Assembly (NCBI GenBank): GCA_964057225.1
Contig: CAXKVF010000074.1
Coordinates: 434,001 to 498,000, forward strand
Direction: 5' to 3'
Source of the DNA: Auanema rhodensis
Lineage: Eukaryota; Animalia; Nematoda
DNA length: 64,000 nucleotides
Shown: piece after piece, positions 25,700 through 39,427 of the stretch
Position numbering within the stretch: position 1 is the stretch's first letter
Layout of the letters: the number at the start of each line of letters is the position of its first letter
Notes under the pieces: model-generated
What the model was told of the DNA's origin: nothing
The model's database searches: none
Seen by the model: the letters and a program-made list of their open reading frames with translations, nothing else
Program-made: the position numbers and the translations under genes

Positions 25700-28691
25700 T
25701 ACGTGAACTTTAATTTATGCTAATTAAATGTACACGTGATGTGCACTTGGTATGTAACTCGCTTCACGTGAAAGATAAAGAGATGCGGTTTTCAAAATTA
25801 GATTCTCCATGTCCATATTAGTCTAAAAACAAATTTTTATTGATATTGGTGCATGGTAACCATGACTTTGAAATTTACGTGAACTTTAATTTATGCTAAT
25901 TAAATGTACACGTGATGTGCACTTGGTATGTAACTCGCTTCACGTGAAAGATGAAGAGATGCGGTTTTCAAAATTAGATTCCCCATGTCCATATTAGTCT
26001 AAAAACAAATTTTTATTGATATTGGTGCATGGTAACCATGACTTTGAAATTTACGTGAACTTTAATTTATGCTAATTAAATGTACACGTGATGTGCACTT
26101 GGTATGTAACTCGCTTCACGTGAAAGATAAAGAGATGCGGTTTTCAAAATTAGATTCCCCATGTCCATATTAGTCTAAAAACAAATTTTTATTGATATTG
26201 GTGCATGGTAACCATGACTTTGAAATTTACGTGAACTTTAATTTATGCTAATTAAATGTACACGTGATGTGCACTTGGTATGTAACTCGCTTCACGTGAA
26301 AGATAAAGAGATGCGGTTTTCAAAATTAGATTGCCCATGTCCATATTAGTCTGAAAACAAATTTTAATTGATATTGGTTCATGGTAACCATGATTTTGAA
26401 ATTTACGTGAACTTTAATTTATGCTAATTAAATGTACACGTGATGTGCACTTGGTATGTAACTCGCTTCACGTGAAAGATAAAGAGATGCGGTTTTCAAA
26501 ATTAGATTCCCCATGTCCATATTAGTCTAAAAACAAATTTTTATTGATATTGGTGCATGGTAACCATGACTTTGAAATTTACGTGAACTTTAATTTATGC
26601 TAATTAAATGTACACGTGATGTGCACTTGGTATGTAACTCGCTTCACGTGAAAGATAAAGAGATGCGGTTTTCAAAATTAGATTGCCCATGTCCATATTA
26701 GTCTAAAAACAAACTTTAATTAATATTGGTTCATGGTAACCATGACTTTGAAATTTACGTGAACTTTAATTTATGCTAATTAAATGTACACGTGATGTGC
26801 ACTTGGTATGTAACTCGCTTCACGTGAAAGATGAAGAGATGCGGTTTTCAAAATTAGATTCCCCATGTCCATATTAGTCTAAAAACAAATTTTTATTGAT
26901 ATTGGTGCATGGTAACCATGACTTTGAAATTTACGTGAACTTTAATTTATGCTAATTAAATGTACGCGTGATGTGCACTCGGTATGTAACTCGCTTCACG
27001 TGAAAGATAAAGAGATGCGGTTTTCAAAATTAGATTCCTCATGTCCATATTAGTCTAAAAACAAATTTTTATTGATATTGGTGCATGGTAACCATGACTT
27101 TGAAATTTACGTGAACTTTAATTTATGCTAATTAAATGTACACGTGATGTGCACTTGGTATGTAACTCGCTTCACGTGAAAGATAAAGAGATGCGGTTTT
27201 CAAAATTAGATTCCCCATGTCCATATTAGTCTAAAAACAAATTTTTATTGATATTGGTTCATGGTAACCATGACTTTGAAATTTACGTGAACTTTAATTT
27301 ATGCTAATTAAATGTACACGTGATGTGCACTTGGTATGTAACTCGCTTCACGTGAAAGATAAAGAGATGCGGTTTTCAAAATTAGATTCCCCATGTCCAT
27401 ATTAGTCTAAAAACAAATTTTTATTGATATTGGTGCATGGTAACCATGACTTTGAAATTTACGTGAACTTTAATTTATGCTAATTAAATGTACACGTGAT
27501 GTGCTCTTGGTATGTAACTCGCTTCACGTGAAAGATAAAGAGATGCGGTTTTCAAAATTAGATTCCCCATGTCCATATTAGTCTAAAAACAAATTTTTAT
27601 TGATATTGGTGCATGGTAACCATGACTTTGAAATTTACGTGAACTTTAATTTATGCTAATTAAATGTACACGTGATGTGCACTTGGTATGTAACTCGCTT
27701 CACGTGAAAGATAAAGAGATGCGGTTTTCAAAATTAGATTCCCCATGTCCATATTAGTCTAAAAACAAATTTTTATTGATATTGGTTCATGGTAACCATG
27801 ACTTTGAAATTTACGTGAACTTTAATTTATGCTAATTAAATGTACACGTGATGTGCACTTGGTATGTAACTCGCTTCACGTGAAAGTTAAAGAGATGCGG
27901 TTTTCAAAATTAGATTACCCATGTCCATATTAGTCTAAAAACAAATTTTTATTGATATTGGTTCATGGTAACCATGACTTTGAAATTTACGTGAACTTTA
28001 ATTTATGCTAATTAAATGTACACGTGATGTGCACTTGGTATGTAACTCGCTTCACGTGAAAGATAAAGAGATGCGGTTTTCAAAATTAGATCCCCCATGT
28101 CCATATTAGTCTAAATACTAATTTTTATTGATATTGGTGCATGGTAACCATGACTTTGAAATTTACGTGAACTTTAATTTATGCTAATTAAATGTACACG
28201 TGATGTGCACTTGGTATGTAACTCGCTTCACGTGAAAGATAAAGAGATGCGGTTTTCAAAATTAGATTCCCCATGTCCATATTAGTCTAAAAACAAATTT
28301 TTATTGATATTGGTGCATGGTAACCATGACTTTGAAATTTACGTGAACTTTAATTTATGCTAATTAAATGTACACGTGATGTGCACTTGGTATGTAACTC
28401 GCTTCACGTGAAAGATAAAGAGATGCGGTTTTCAAAATTAGATTCCCCATGTCCATATTAGTCTAAAAACAAATTTTTATTGATATTGGTGCATGGTAAC
28501 CATGACTTTGAAATTTACGTGAACTTTAATTTATGCTAATTAAATGTACACGTGATGTGCACTTGGTATGTAACTCGCTTCACGTGAAAGATAAAGAGAT
28601 GCGGTTTTCAAAATTAGATTCCCCATGTCCATATTAGTCTAAAAACAAATTTTTATTGATATTGGTGCATGGTAACCATGACTTTGAAATT

Positions 28692-29747
28692 TACGTGAAC
28701 TTTAATTTATGCTAATTAAATGTACACGTGATGTGCACTTGGTATGTAACTTGCTTCACGTGAAAGATAAAGAGATGCGGTTTTCAAAATTAGATTGCCC
28801 ATGTCCATATTAGTCTAAAAACAAATTTTAATTGATATTGGTTCATGGTAACCATGACTTTGAAATTTACGTGAACTTTAATTTATGCTAATTAAATGTA
28901 CACGTGATGTGCTCTTGGTATGTAACTCGCTTCACGTGAAAGATAAAGAGATGCGGTTTTCAAAATTAGATCCCCCATGTCCATATTAGTCTAAATACTA
29001 ATTTTTATTGATATTGCTTCATGGTAACCATGACTTTGAAATTTACGTGAACTTTAATTTATGCTAATTAAATGTACACGTGATGTGCACTTGGTATGTA
29101 ACTCGCTTCACGTGAAAGATGAAGAGATGCGGTTTTCAAAATTAGATTCCCCATGTCCTTATTAGTCTAAAAACAAATTTTTATTGATATTGGTGCATGG
29201 TAACCATGACTTTGAAATTTACGTGAACTTTAATTTATGCTAATTAAATGTACACGTGATGTGCACTTGGTATGTAACTTGCTTCACGTGAAAGATAAAG
29301 AGATGCGGTTTTCAAAATTAGATTGCCCATGTCCATATTAGTCTAAAAACAAATTTTAATTGATATTGGTTCATGGTAACCATGACTTTGAAATTTACGT
29401 GAACTTTAATTTATGCTAATTAAATGTACACGTGATGTGCTCTTGGTATGTAACTCGCTTCACGTGAAAGATAAAGAGATGCGGTTTTCAAAATTAGATC
29501 CCCCATGTCCATATTAGTCTAAATACTAATTTTTATTGATATTGCTTCATGGTAACCATGACTTTGAAATTTACGTGAACTTTAATTCATGCTAATTAAA
29601 TGTACACGTGATGTGCACTTGGTATGTAACTCGCTTCACGTGAAAGATGAAGAGATGCGGTTTTCAAAATTAGATTCCCCATGTCCTTATTAGTCTAAAA
29701 ACAAATTTTTATTGATATTGGTGCATGGTAACCATGACTTTGAAATT
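28692..29747 (+). repeat. 3-monomer (528-bp) tandem duplication
   Basis: The trio AACTTGC+TTGCCC / GTGCTC+GATCCCC+ATTGCTTC / GATGAAG+GTCCTT occurs twice in succession. Confidence 0.9.
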
Positions 29748-32700
29748 TACGTGAACTTTAATTTATGCTAATTAAATGTACACGTGATGTGCACTTGGTA
29801 TGTAACTCGCTTCACGTGAAAGATAAAGAGATGCGGTTTTCAAAATTAGATTCCCCATGTCCATATTAGTCTAAAAACAAATTTTTATTGATATTGGTGC
29901 ATGGTAACCATGACTTTGAAATTTACGTGAACTTTAATTTATGCTAATTAAATGTACACGTGATGTGCACTTGGTATGTAACTCGCTTCACGTGAAAGAT
30001 AAAGAGATGCGGTTTTCAAAATTAGATTGCCCATGTCCATATTAGTCTAAAAACAAATTTTAATTGATATTGGTTCATGGTAACCATGACTTTGAAATTT
30101 ACGTGAACTTTAATTTATGCTAATTAAATGTACACGTGATGTGCACTTGGTATGTAACTCGCTTCACGTGAAAGATAAAGAGATGCGGTTTTCAAAATTA
30201 GATTGCCCATGCCCATATTAGTCTAAAAACAAATTTTTATTGATATTGGTGCATGGTAACCATGACTTTGAAATTTACGTGAACTTTAATTTATGCTAAT
30301 TAAATGTACACGTGATGTGCACTTGGTATGTAACTCGCTTCACGTGAAAGATAAAGAGATACGGTTTTCAAAATTAGATTCCCCATGTCCATATTAGTCT
30401 AAAAACAAATTTTTATTGATATTGGTGCATGGTAACCGTGACTTTGAAATTTACGTGAACTTTAATTTATGCTAATTAAATGTACACGTGATGTGCACTT
30501 GGTATGTAACTCGCTTCACGTGAAAGATAAAGAGATGCGGTTTTCAAAATTAGATTGCCCATGTCCATATTAGTCTAAAAACAAATTTTAATTGATATTG
30601 GTTCATGGTAACCATGACTTTGAAATTTACGTGAACATTAATTTATGCTAATTAAATGTACACGTGATGTGCACTTGGTATGTAACTCGCTTCACGTGAA
30701 AGATAAAGAGATGCGGTTTTCAAAATTAGATTCCCCATGTCCATATTAGTCTAAAAACAAATTTTTATTGATATTGGTGCATGGTAACCATGACTTTGAA
30801 ATTTACGTGAACTTTAATTTATGCTAATTAAATGTACACGTGATGTGCACTTGGTATGTAACTCGCTTCACGTGAAAGATAAAGAGATGCGGTTTTCAAA
30901 ATTAGATTCCCCATGTCCATATTAGTCTAAAAACGAATTTTTATTGATATTGGTGCATGGTAACCACGACTTTGAAATTTACGTGAACTTTAATTTATGC
31001 TAATTAAATGTACACGTGATGTGCACTTGGTATGTAACTCGCTTCACGTGAAAGATAAAGAGATGCGGTTTTCAAAATTAGATTCCCCATGTCCATATTA
31101 GTCTAAAAACAAATTTTTATTGATATTGGTTCATGGTAACCATGACTTTGAAATTTACGTGAACTTTAATTTATGCTAATTAAATGTACACGTGATGTGC
31201 ACTTGGTATGTAACTCGCTTCACGTGAAAGATAAAGAGATGCGGTTTTCAAAATTAGATTCCCCATGTCCATATTAGTCTAAAAACAAATTTTTATTGAT
31301 ATTGGTGCATGGTAACCATGACTTTGAAATTTACGTGAACTTTAATTTATGCTAATTAAATGTACACGTGATGTGCACTTGGTATGTAACTCGCTTCACG
31401 TGAAAGATGAAGAGATGCGGTTTTCAAAATTAGATTCCCCATGTCCATATTAGTCTAAAAACAAATTTTTATTGATATTGGTGCATGGTAACCATGACTT
31501 TGAAATTTACGTGAACTTTAATTTATGCTAATTAAATGTACACGTGATGTGCACTTGGTATGTAACTCGCTTCACGTGAAAGATAAAGAGATGCGGTTTT
31601 CAAAATTAGATCCCCCATGTCCATATTAGTCTAAAAACAAATTTTTATTGATATTGGTTCATGGTAACCATGACTTTGAAATTTACGTGAACTTTAATTT
31701 ATGCTAATTAAATGTACACGTGATGTGCACTTGGTATGTAACTCGCTTCACGTGAAAGATAAAGAGATGCGGTTTTCAAAATTAGATTCCCCATGTCCAT
31801 ATTAGTCTAAAAACGAATTTTTATTGATATTGGTGCATGGTAACCACGACTTTGAAATTTACGTGAACTTTAATTTATGCTAATTAAATGTACACGTGAT
31901 GTGCACTTGGTATGTAACTCGCTTCACGTGAAAGATAAAGAGATGCGGTTTTCAAAATTAGATTCCCCATGTCCATATTAGTCTAAAAACAAATTTTTAT
32001 TGATATTGGTTCATGGTAACCATGACTTTGAAATTTACGTGAACTTTAATTTATGCTAATTAAATGTACACGTGATGTGCACTTGGTATGTAACTCGCTT
32101 CACGTGAAAGATAAAGAGATGCGGTTTTCAAAGTTAGATTCCCCATGTCCATATTAGTCTAAAAACAAATTTTTATTGATATTGGTTCATGGTAACCATG
32201 ACTTTGAAATTTACGTGAACTTTAATTTATGCTAATTAAATGTACACGTGATGTGCACTTGGTATGTAACTCGCTTCACGTGAAAGATAAAGAGATGCGG
32301 TTTTCAAAATTAGATTCCCCATGTCCATATTAGTCTAAAAACAAATTTTTATTGATATTGGTGCATGGTAACCATGACTTTGAAATTTACGTGAACTTTA
32401 ATTTATGCTAATTAAATGTACACGTGATGTGCACTTGGTATGTAACTCGCTTCACGTGAAAGATAAAGAGATGCGGTTTTCAAAATTAGATTCCCCATGT
32501 CCATATTAGTCTAAAAACAAATTTTTATTGATATTGGTGCATGGTAACCATGACTTTGAAATTTACGTGAACTTTAATTTATGCTAATTAAATGTACACG
32601 TGATGTGCACTTGGTATGTAACTCGCTTCACGTGAAAGATAAAGAGATGCGGTTTTCAAAATTAGATTCCCCATGTCCATATTAGTCTAAAAACAAATTT

Positions 32701-35700
32701 TTATTGATATTGGTGCATGGTAACCATGACTTTGAAATTTACGTGAACTTTAATTTATGCTAATTAAATGTACACGTGATGTGCACTTGGTATGTAACTC
32801 GCTTCACGTGAAAGATAAAGAGATGCGGTTTTCAAAATTAGATTCCCCATGTCCATATTAGTCTAAAAACAAATTTTTATTGATATTGGTTCATGGTAAC
32901 CATGACTTTGAAATTTACGTAAACTTTAATTTATGCTAATTAAATGTACACGTGATGTGCACTTGGTATGTAACTCGCTTCACGTGAAAGATAAAGAGAT
33001 GCGGTTTTCAAAATTAGATTCCCCATGTCCATATTAGTCTAAAAACAAATTTTTATTGATATTGGTGCATGGTAACCATGACTTTGAAATTTACGTGAAC
33101 TTTAATTTATGCTAATTAAATGTACACGTGATGTGCACTTGGTATGTAACTCGCTTCACGTGAAAGATAAAGAGATGCGGTTTTCAAAATTAGATCCCCC
33201 ATGTCCATATTAGTCTAAAAACAAATTTTTATTGATATTGGTGCATGGTAACCATGACTTTGAAATTTACGTGAACTTTAATTTATGCTAATTAAATGTA
33301 CACGTGATGTGCACTTGGTATGTAACTCGCTTCACGTGAAAGATAAAGAGATGCGGTTTTCAAAATTAGATTCCCCATGTCGATATTAGTCTAAAAACAA
33401 ATTTTTATTGATATTGGTTCATGGTAACCATGACTTTGAAATTTACGTGAACTTTAATTTATGCTAATTAAATGTACACGTGATGTGCACTTGGTATGTA
33501 ACTCGCTTCACGTGAAAGATAAAGAGATGCGGTTTTCAAAATTAGATTCCCCATGTCCATATTAGTCTAAAAACAAATTTTTATTGATATTGGTGCCTGG
33601 TAACCATGACTTTGAAATTTACGTGAACTTTAATTTATGCTAATTAAATGTACACGTGATGTGCACTTGGTATGTAACTCGCTTCACGTAAAAGATAAAG
33701 AGATGCGGTTTTCAAAATTAGATTCCCCATGTCCATATTAGTCTAAAAACAAATTTTTATTGATATTGGTGCATGGTAACCATGACTTTGAATTTTACGT
33801 GAACTTTAATTTATGCTAATTAAATGTACACGTGATGTGCACTTGGTATGTAACTCGCTTCAAGTGAAAGATAAAGAGATGCGGTTTTCAAGATTAGATT
33901 CCCCATGTCCATATTAGTCTAAAAACAAATTTTTATTGATATTGCTTCATGGTAACCATGACTTTGAAATTTACGTGAACTTTAATTTATGCTAATTAAA
34001 TGTACACGTGATGTGCACTTGGTATGTAACTCACTTCACGTAAAAGATAAAGAGATGCGGTTTTCAAAATTAGATTCCCCATGTCCATATTAGTCTAAAA
34101 ACAAATTTTAATTGATATTGGTTCATGGTAACCATGACTTTGAAATTTACGTGAACTTTAATTTATGCTAATTAAATGTACACGTGATGTGCACTTGGTA
34201 TGTAACTCGCTTCACGTGAAAGATAAAGAGATGCGGTTTTCAAAGTTAGATTCCCCATGTCCATATTAGTCTAAAAACAAATTTTTATTGATATTGGTGC
34301 ATGGTAACCATGACTTTGAAATTTACGTGAACTTTAATTTATGCTAATTAAATGTACACGTGATGTGCACTTGGTATGTAACTCGCTTCACGTGAAAGAT
34401 GAAGAGATGCGGTTTTCAAAATTAGATTCCCCATGTCCATATTAGTCTAAAAACAAATTTTTATTGATATTGGTGCATGGTAACCATGACTTTGAAATTT
34501 ACGTGAACTTTAATTTATGCTAATTAAATGTACACGTGATGTGCACTTGGTATGTAACTCGCTTCACGTGAAAGATAAAGAGATGCGGTTTTCAAAATTA
34601 GATTCCCCATGTCCATATTAGTCTAAAAACAAATTTTTATTGATATTGGTGCATGGTAACCATGACTTTGAAATTTACGTGAACTTTAATTTATGCTAAT
34701 TAAATGTACACGTGATGTGCACTTGGTATGTAACTCGCTTCACGTGAAAGATAAAGAGATGCGGTTTTCAAAATTAGATTGCCCATGTCCATATTAGTCT
34801 AAAAACAAATTTTAATTGATATTGGTTCATGGTAACCATGACTTTGAAATTTACGTGAACTTTAATTTATGCTAATTAAATGTACACGTGATGTGCACTT
34901 GGTATGTAACTCGCTTCACGTGAAAGATAAAGAGATGCGGTTTTCAAAATTAGATTGCCCATGCCCATATTAGTCTAAAAACAAATTTTTATTGATATTG
35001 GTGCATGGTAACCATGACTTTGAAATTTACGTGAACTTTAATTTATGCTAATTAAATGTACACGTGATGTGCACTTGGTATGTAACTCGCTTCACGTAAA
35101 AGATAAAGAGATGCGGTTTTCAAAATTAGATTGCCCATGTCCATATTAGTCTGAAAACAAATTTTTATTGATATTGGTGCATGGTAACCATGACTTTGAA
35201 ATTTACGTGAACTTTAATTTATGCTAATTAAATGTACACGTGATGTGCACTCGGTATGTAACTCGCTTCACGTGAAAGATAAAGAGATGCGGTTTTCAAA
35301 ATTAGATTCCTCATGTCCATATTAGTCTAAAAACAAATTTTTATTGATATTGGTGCATGGTAACCATGACTTTGAAATTTACGTGAACTTTAATTTATGC
35401 TAATTAAATGTACACGTGATGTGCACTTGGTATGTAACTCGCTTCACGTGAAAGATAAAGAGATGCGGTTTTCAAAATTAGATTGCCCATGTCCATATTA
35501 GTCTAAAAACAAATTTTTATTGATATTGGTTCATGGTAACCATGACTTTGAAATTTACGTGAACTTTAATTTATGCTAATTAAATGTACACGTGATGTGC
35601 ACTTGGTATGTAACTCGCTTCACGTGAAAGATAAAGAGATACGGTTTTCAAAATTAGATTCCCCATGTCCATATTAGTCTAAAAACAAATTTTTATTGAT

Positions 35701-38700
35701 ATTGGTGCATGGTAACCGTGACTTTGAAATTTACGTGAACTTTAATTTATGCTAATTAAATGTACACGTGATGTGCACTTGGTATGTAACTCGCTTCACG
35801 TGAAAGATAAAGAGATGCGGTTTTCAAAATTAGATTGCCCATGTCCATATTAGTCTAAAAACAAATTTTAATTGATATTGGTTCATGGTAACCATGACTT
35901 TGAAATTTACGTGAACATTAATTTATGCTAATTAAATGTACACGTGATGTGCACTTGGTATGTAACTCGCTTCACGTGAAAGATAAAGAGATGCGGTTTT
36001 CAAAATTAGATTCCCCATGTCCATATTAGTCTAAAAACAAATTTTTATTGATATTGGTGCATGGTAACCATGACTTTGAAATTTACGTGAACTTTAATTT
36101 ATGCTAATTAAATGTACACGTGATGTGCACTTGGTATGTAACTCGCTTCACGTGAAAGATAAAGAGATGCGGTTTTCAAAATTAGATTCCCCATGTCCAT
36201 ATTAGTCTAAAAACGAATTTTTATTGATATTGGTGCATGGTAACCACGACTTTGAAATTTACGTGAACTTTAATTTATGCTAATTAAATGTACACGTGAT
36301 GTGCACTTGGTATGTAACTCGCTTCACGTGAAAGATAAAGAGATGCGGTTTTCAAAATTAGATTCCCCATGTCCATATTAGTCTAAAAACAAATTTTTAT
36401 TGATATTGGTTCATGGTAACCATGACTTTGAAATTTACGTGAACTTTAATTTATGCTAATTAAATGTACACGTGATGTGCACTTGGTATGTAACTCGCTT
36501 CACGTGAAAGATAAAGAGATGCGGTTTTCAAAATTAGATTCCCCATGTCCATATTAGTCTAAAAACAAATTTTTATTGATATTGGTGCATGGTAACCATG
36601 ACTTTGAAATTTACGTGAACTTTAATTTATGCTAATTAAATGTACACGTGATGTGCACTTGGTATGTAACTCGCTTCACGTGAAAGATGAAGAGATGCGG
36701 TTTTCAAAATTAGATTCCCCATGTCCATATTAGTCTAAAAACAAATTTTTATTGATATTGGTGCATGGTAACCATGACTTTGAAATTTACGTGAACTTTA
36801 ATTTATGCTAATTAAATGTACACGTGATGTGCACTTGGTATGTAACTCGCTTCACGTGAAAGATAAAGAGATGCGGTTTTCAAAATTAGATCCCCCATGT
36901 CCATATTAGTCTAAAAACAAATTTTTATTGATATTGGTTCATGGTAACCATGACTTTGAAATTTACGTGAACTTTAATTTATGCTAATTAAATGTACACG
37001 TGATGTGCACTTGGTATGTAACTCGCTTCACGTGAAAGATAAAGAGATGCGGTTTTCAAAATTAGATTCCCCATGTCCATATTAGTCTAAAAACGAATTT
37101 TTATTGATATTGGTGCATGGTAACCACGACTTTGAAATTTACGTGAACTTTAATTTATGCTAATTAAATGTACACGTGATGTGCACTTGGTATGTAACTC
37201 GCTTCACAAGAAAGATAAAGAGATGCGGTTTTCAAAATTAGATTCCCCATGTCCATATTAGTCTAAAAACAAATTTTTATTGATATTGGTTCATGGTAAC
37301 CATGACTTTGAAATTTACGTGAACTTTAATTTATGCTAATTAAATGTACACGTGATGTGCACTTGGTATGTAACTCGCTTCACGTGAAAGATAAAGAGAT
37401 GCGGTTTTCAAAGTTAGATTCCCCATGTCCATATTAGTCTAAAAACAAATTTTTATTGATATTGGTTCATGGTAACCATGACTTTGAAATTTACGTGAAC
37501 TTTAATTTATGCTAATTAAATGTACACGTGATGTGCACTTGGTATGTAACTCGCTTCACGTGAAAGATAAAGAGATGCGGTTTTCAAAATTAGATTCCCC
37601 ATGTCCATATTAGTCTAAAAACAAATTTTTATTGATATTGGTGCATGGTAACCATGACTTTGAAATTTACGTGAACTTTAATTTATGCTAATTAAATGTA
37701 CACGTGATGTGCACTTGGTATGTAACTCGCTTCACGTGAAAGATAAAGAGATGCGGTTTTCAAAATTAGATTCCCCATGTCCATATTAGGCTAAAAACAA
37801 ATTTTTATTGATATTGGTGCATGGTAACCATGACTTTGAAATTTACGTGAACTTTAATTTATGCTAATTAAATGTACACGTGATGTGCACTTGGTATGTA
37901 ACTCGCTTCACGTGAAAGATAAAGAGATGCGGTTTTCAAAATTAGATTCCCCATGTCCATATTAGTCTAAAAACAAATTTTTATTGATATTGGTGCATGG
38001 TAACCATGACTTTGAAATTTACGTGAACTTTAATTTATGCTAATTAAATGTACACGTGATGTGCACTTGGTATGTAACTCGCTTCACGTGAAAGATAAAG
38101 AGATGCGGTTTTCAAAATTAGATTCCCCATGTCCATATTAGTCTAAAAACAAATTTTTATTGATATTGGTTCATGGTAACCATGACTTTGAAATTTACGT
38201 GAACTTTAATTTATGCTAATTAAATGTACACGTGATGTGCACTTGGTATGTAACTCGCTTCACGTGAAAGATAAAGAGATGCGGTTTTCAAAATTAGATT
38301 CCCCATGTCCATATTAGTCTAAAAACAAATTTTTATTGATATTGGTGCATGGTAACCATGACTTTGAAATTTACGTGAACTTTAATTTATGCTAATTAAA
38401 TGTACACGTGATGTGCACTTGGTATGTAACTCGCTTCACTTGAAAGATAAAGAGATGCGGTTTTCAAAATTAGATCCCCCATGTCCATATTAGTCTAAAA
38501 ACAAATTTTTATTGATATTGGTGCATGGTAACCATGACTTTGAAATTTACGTGAACTTTAATTTATGCTAATTAAATGTACACGTGATGTGCACTTGGTA
38601 TGTAACTCGCTTCACGTGAAAGATAAAGAGATGCGGTTTTCAAAATTAGATTCCCCATGTCGATATTAGTCTAAAAACAAATTTTTATTGATATTGGTTC

Positions 38701-39427
38701 ATGGTAACCATGACTTTGAAATTTACGTGAACTTTAATTTATGCTAATTAAATGTACACGTGATGTGCACTTGGTATGTAACTCGCTTCACGTGAAAGAT
38801 AAAGAGATGCGGTTTTCAAAATTAGATTCCCCATGTCCATATTAGTCTAAAAACAAATTTTTATTGATATTGGTGCCTGGTAACCATGACTTTGAAATTT
38901 ACGTGAACTTTAATTTATGCTAATTAAATGTACACGTGATGTGCACTTGGTATGTAACTCGCTTCACGTAAAAGATAAAGAGATGCGGTTTCCAAAATTA
39001 GATTCCCCATGTCCATATTAGTCTAAAAACAAATTTTTATTGATATTGGTGCATGGTAACCATGACTTTGAATTTTACGTGAACTTTAATTTATGCTAAT
39101 TAAATGTACACGTGATGTGCACTTGGTATGTAACTCGCTTCAAGTGAAAGATAAAGAGATGCGGTTTTCAAGATTAGATTCCCCATGTCCATATTAGTCT
39201 AAAAACAAATTTTTATTGATATTGCTTCATGGTAACCATGACTTTGAAATTTACGTGAACTTTAATTTATGCTAATTAAATGTACACGTGATGTGCACTT
39301 GGTATGTAACTCACTTCACGTAAAAGATAAAGAGATGCGGTTTTCAAAATTAGATTCCCCATGTCCATATTGGTCTAAAAACAAATTTTTATTGATATTG
39401 GTGCATGGTAACCATGACTTTGAATTT
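29748..39427 (+). repeat. Higher-order block D: ~25-monomer segment duplicated at a 27- to 30-monomer offset
   Basis: G86A at 30361/35641 and C115G at 33382/38662 (5280 bp apart). GAACATT, AACGAA+ACCACG, GTGCCTGG, CAAGTG and TCACTT markers follow the same offset. T113C at 30212/34964 is 4752 bp apart. Confidence 0.9.
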
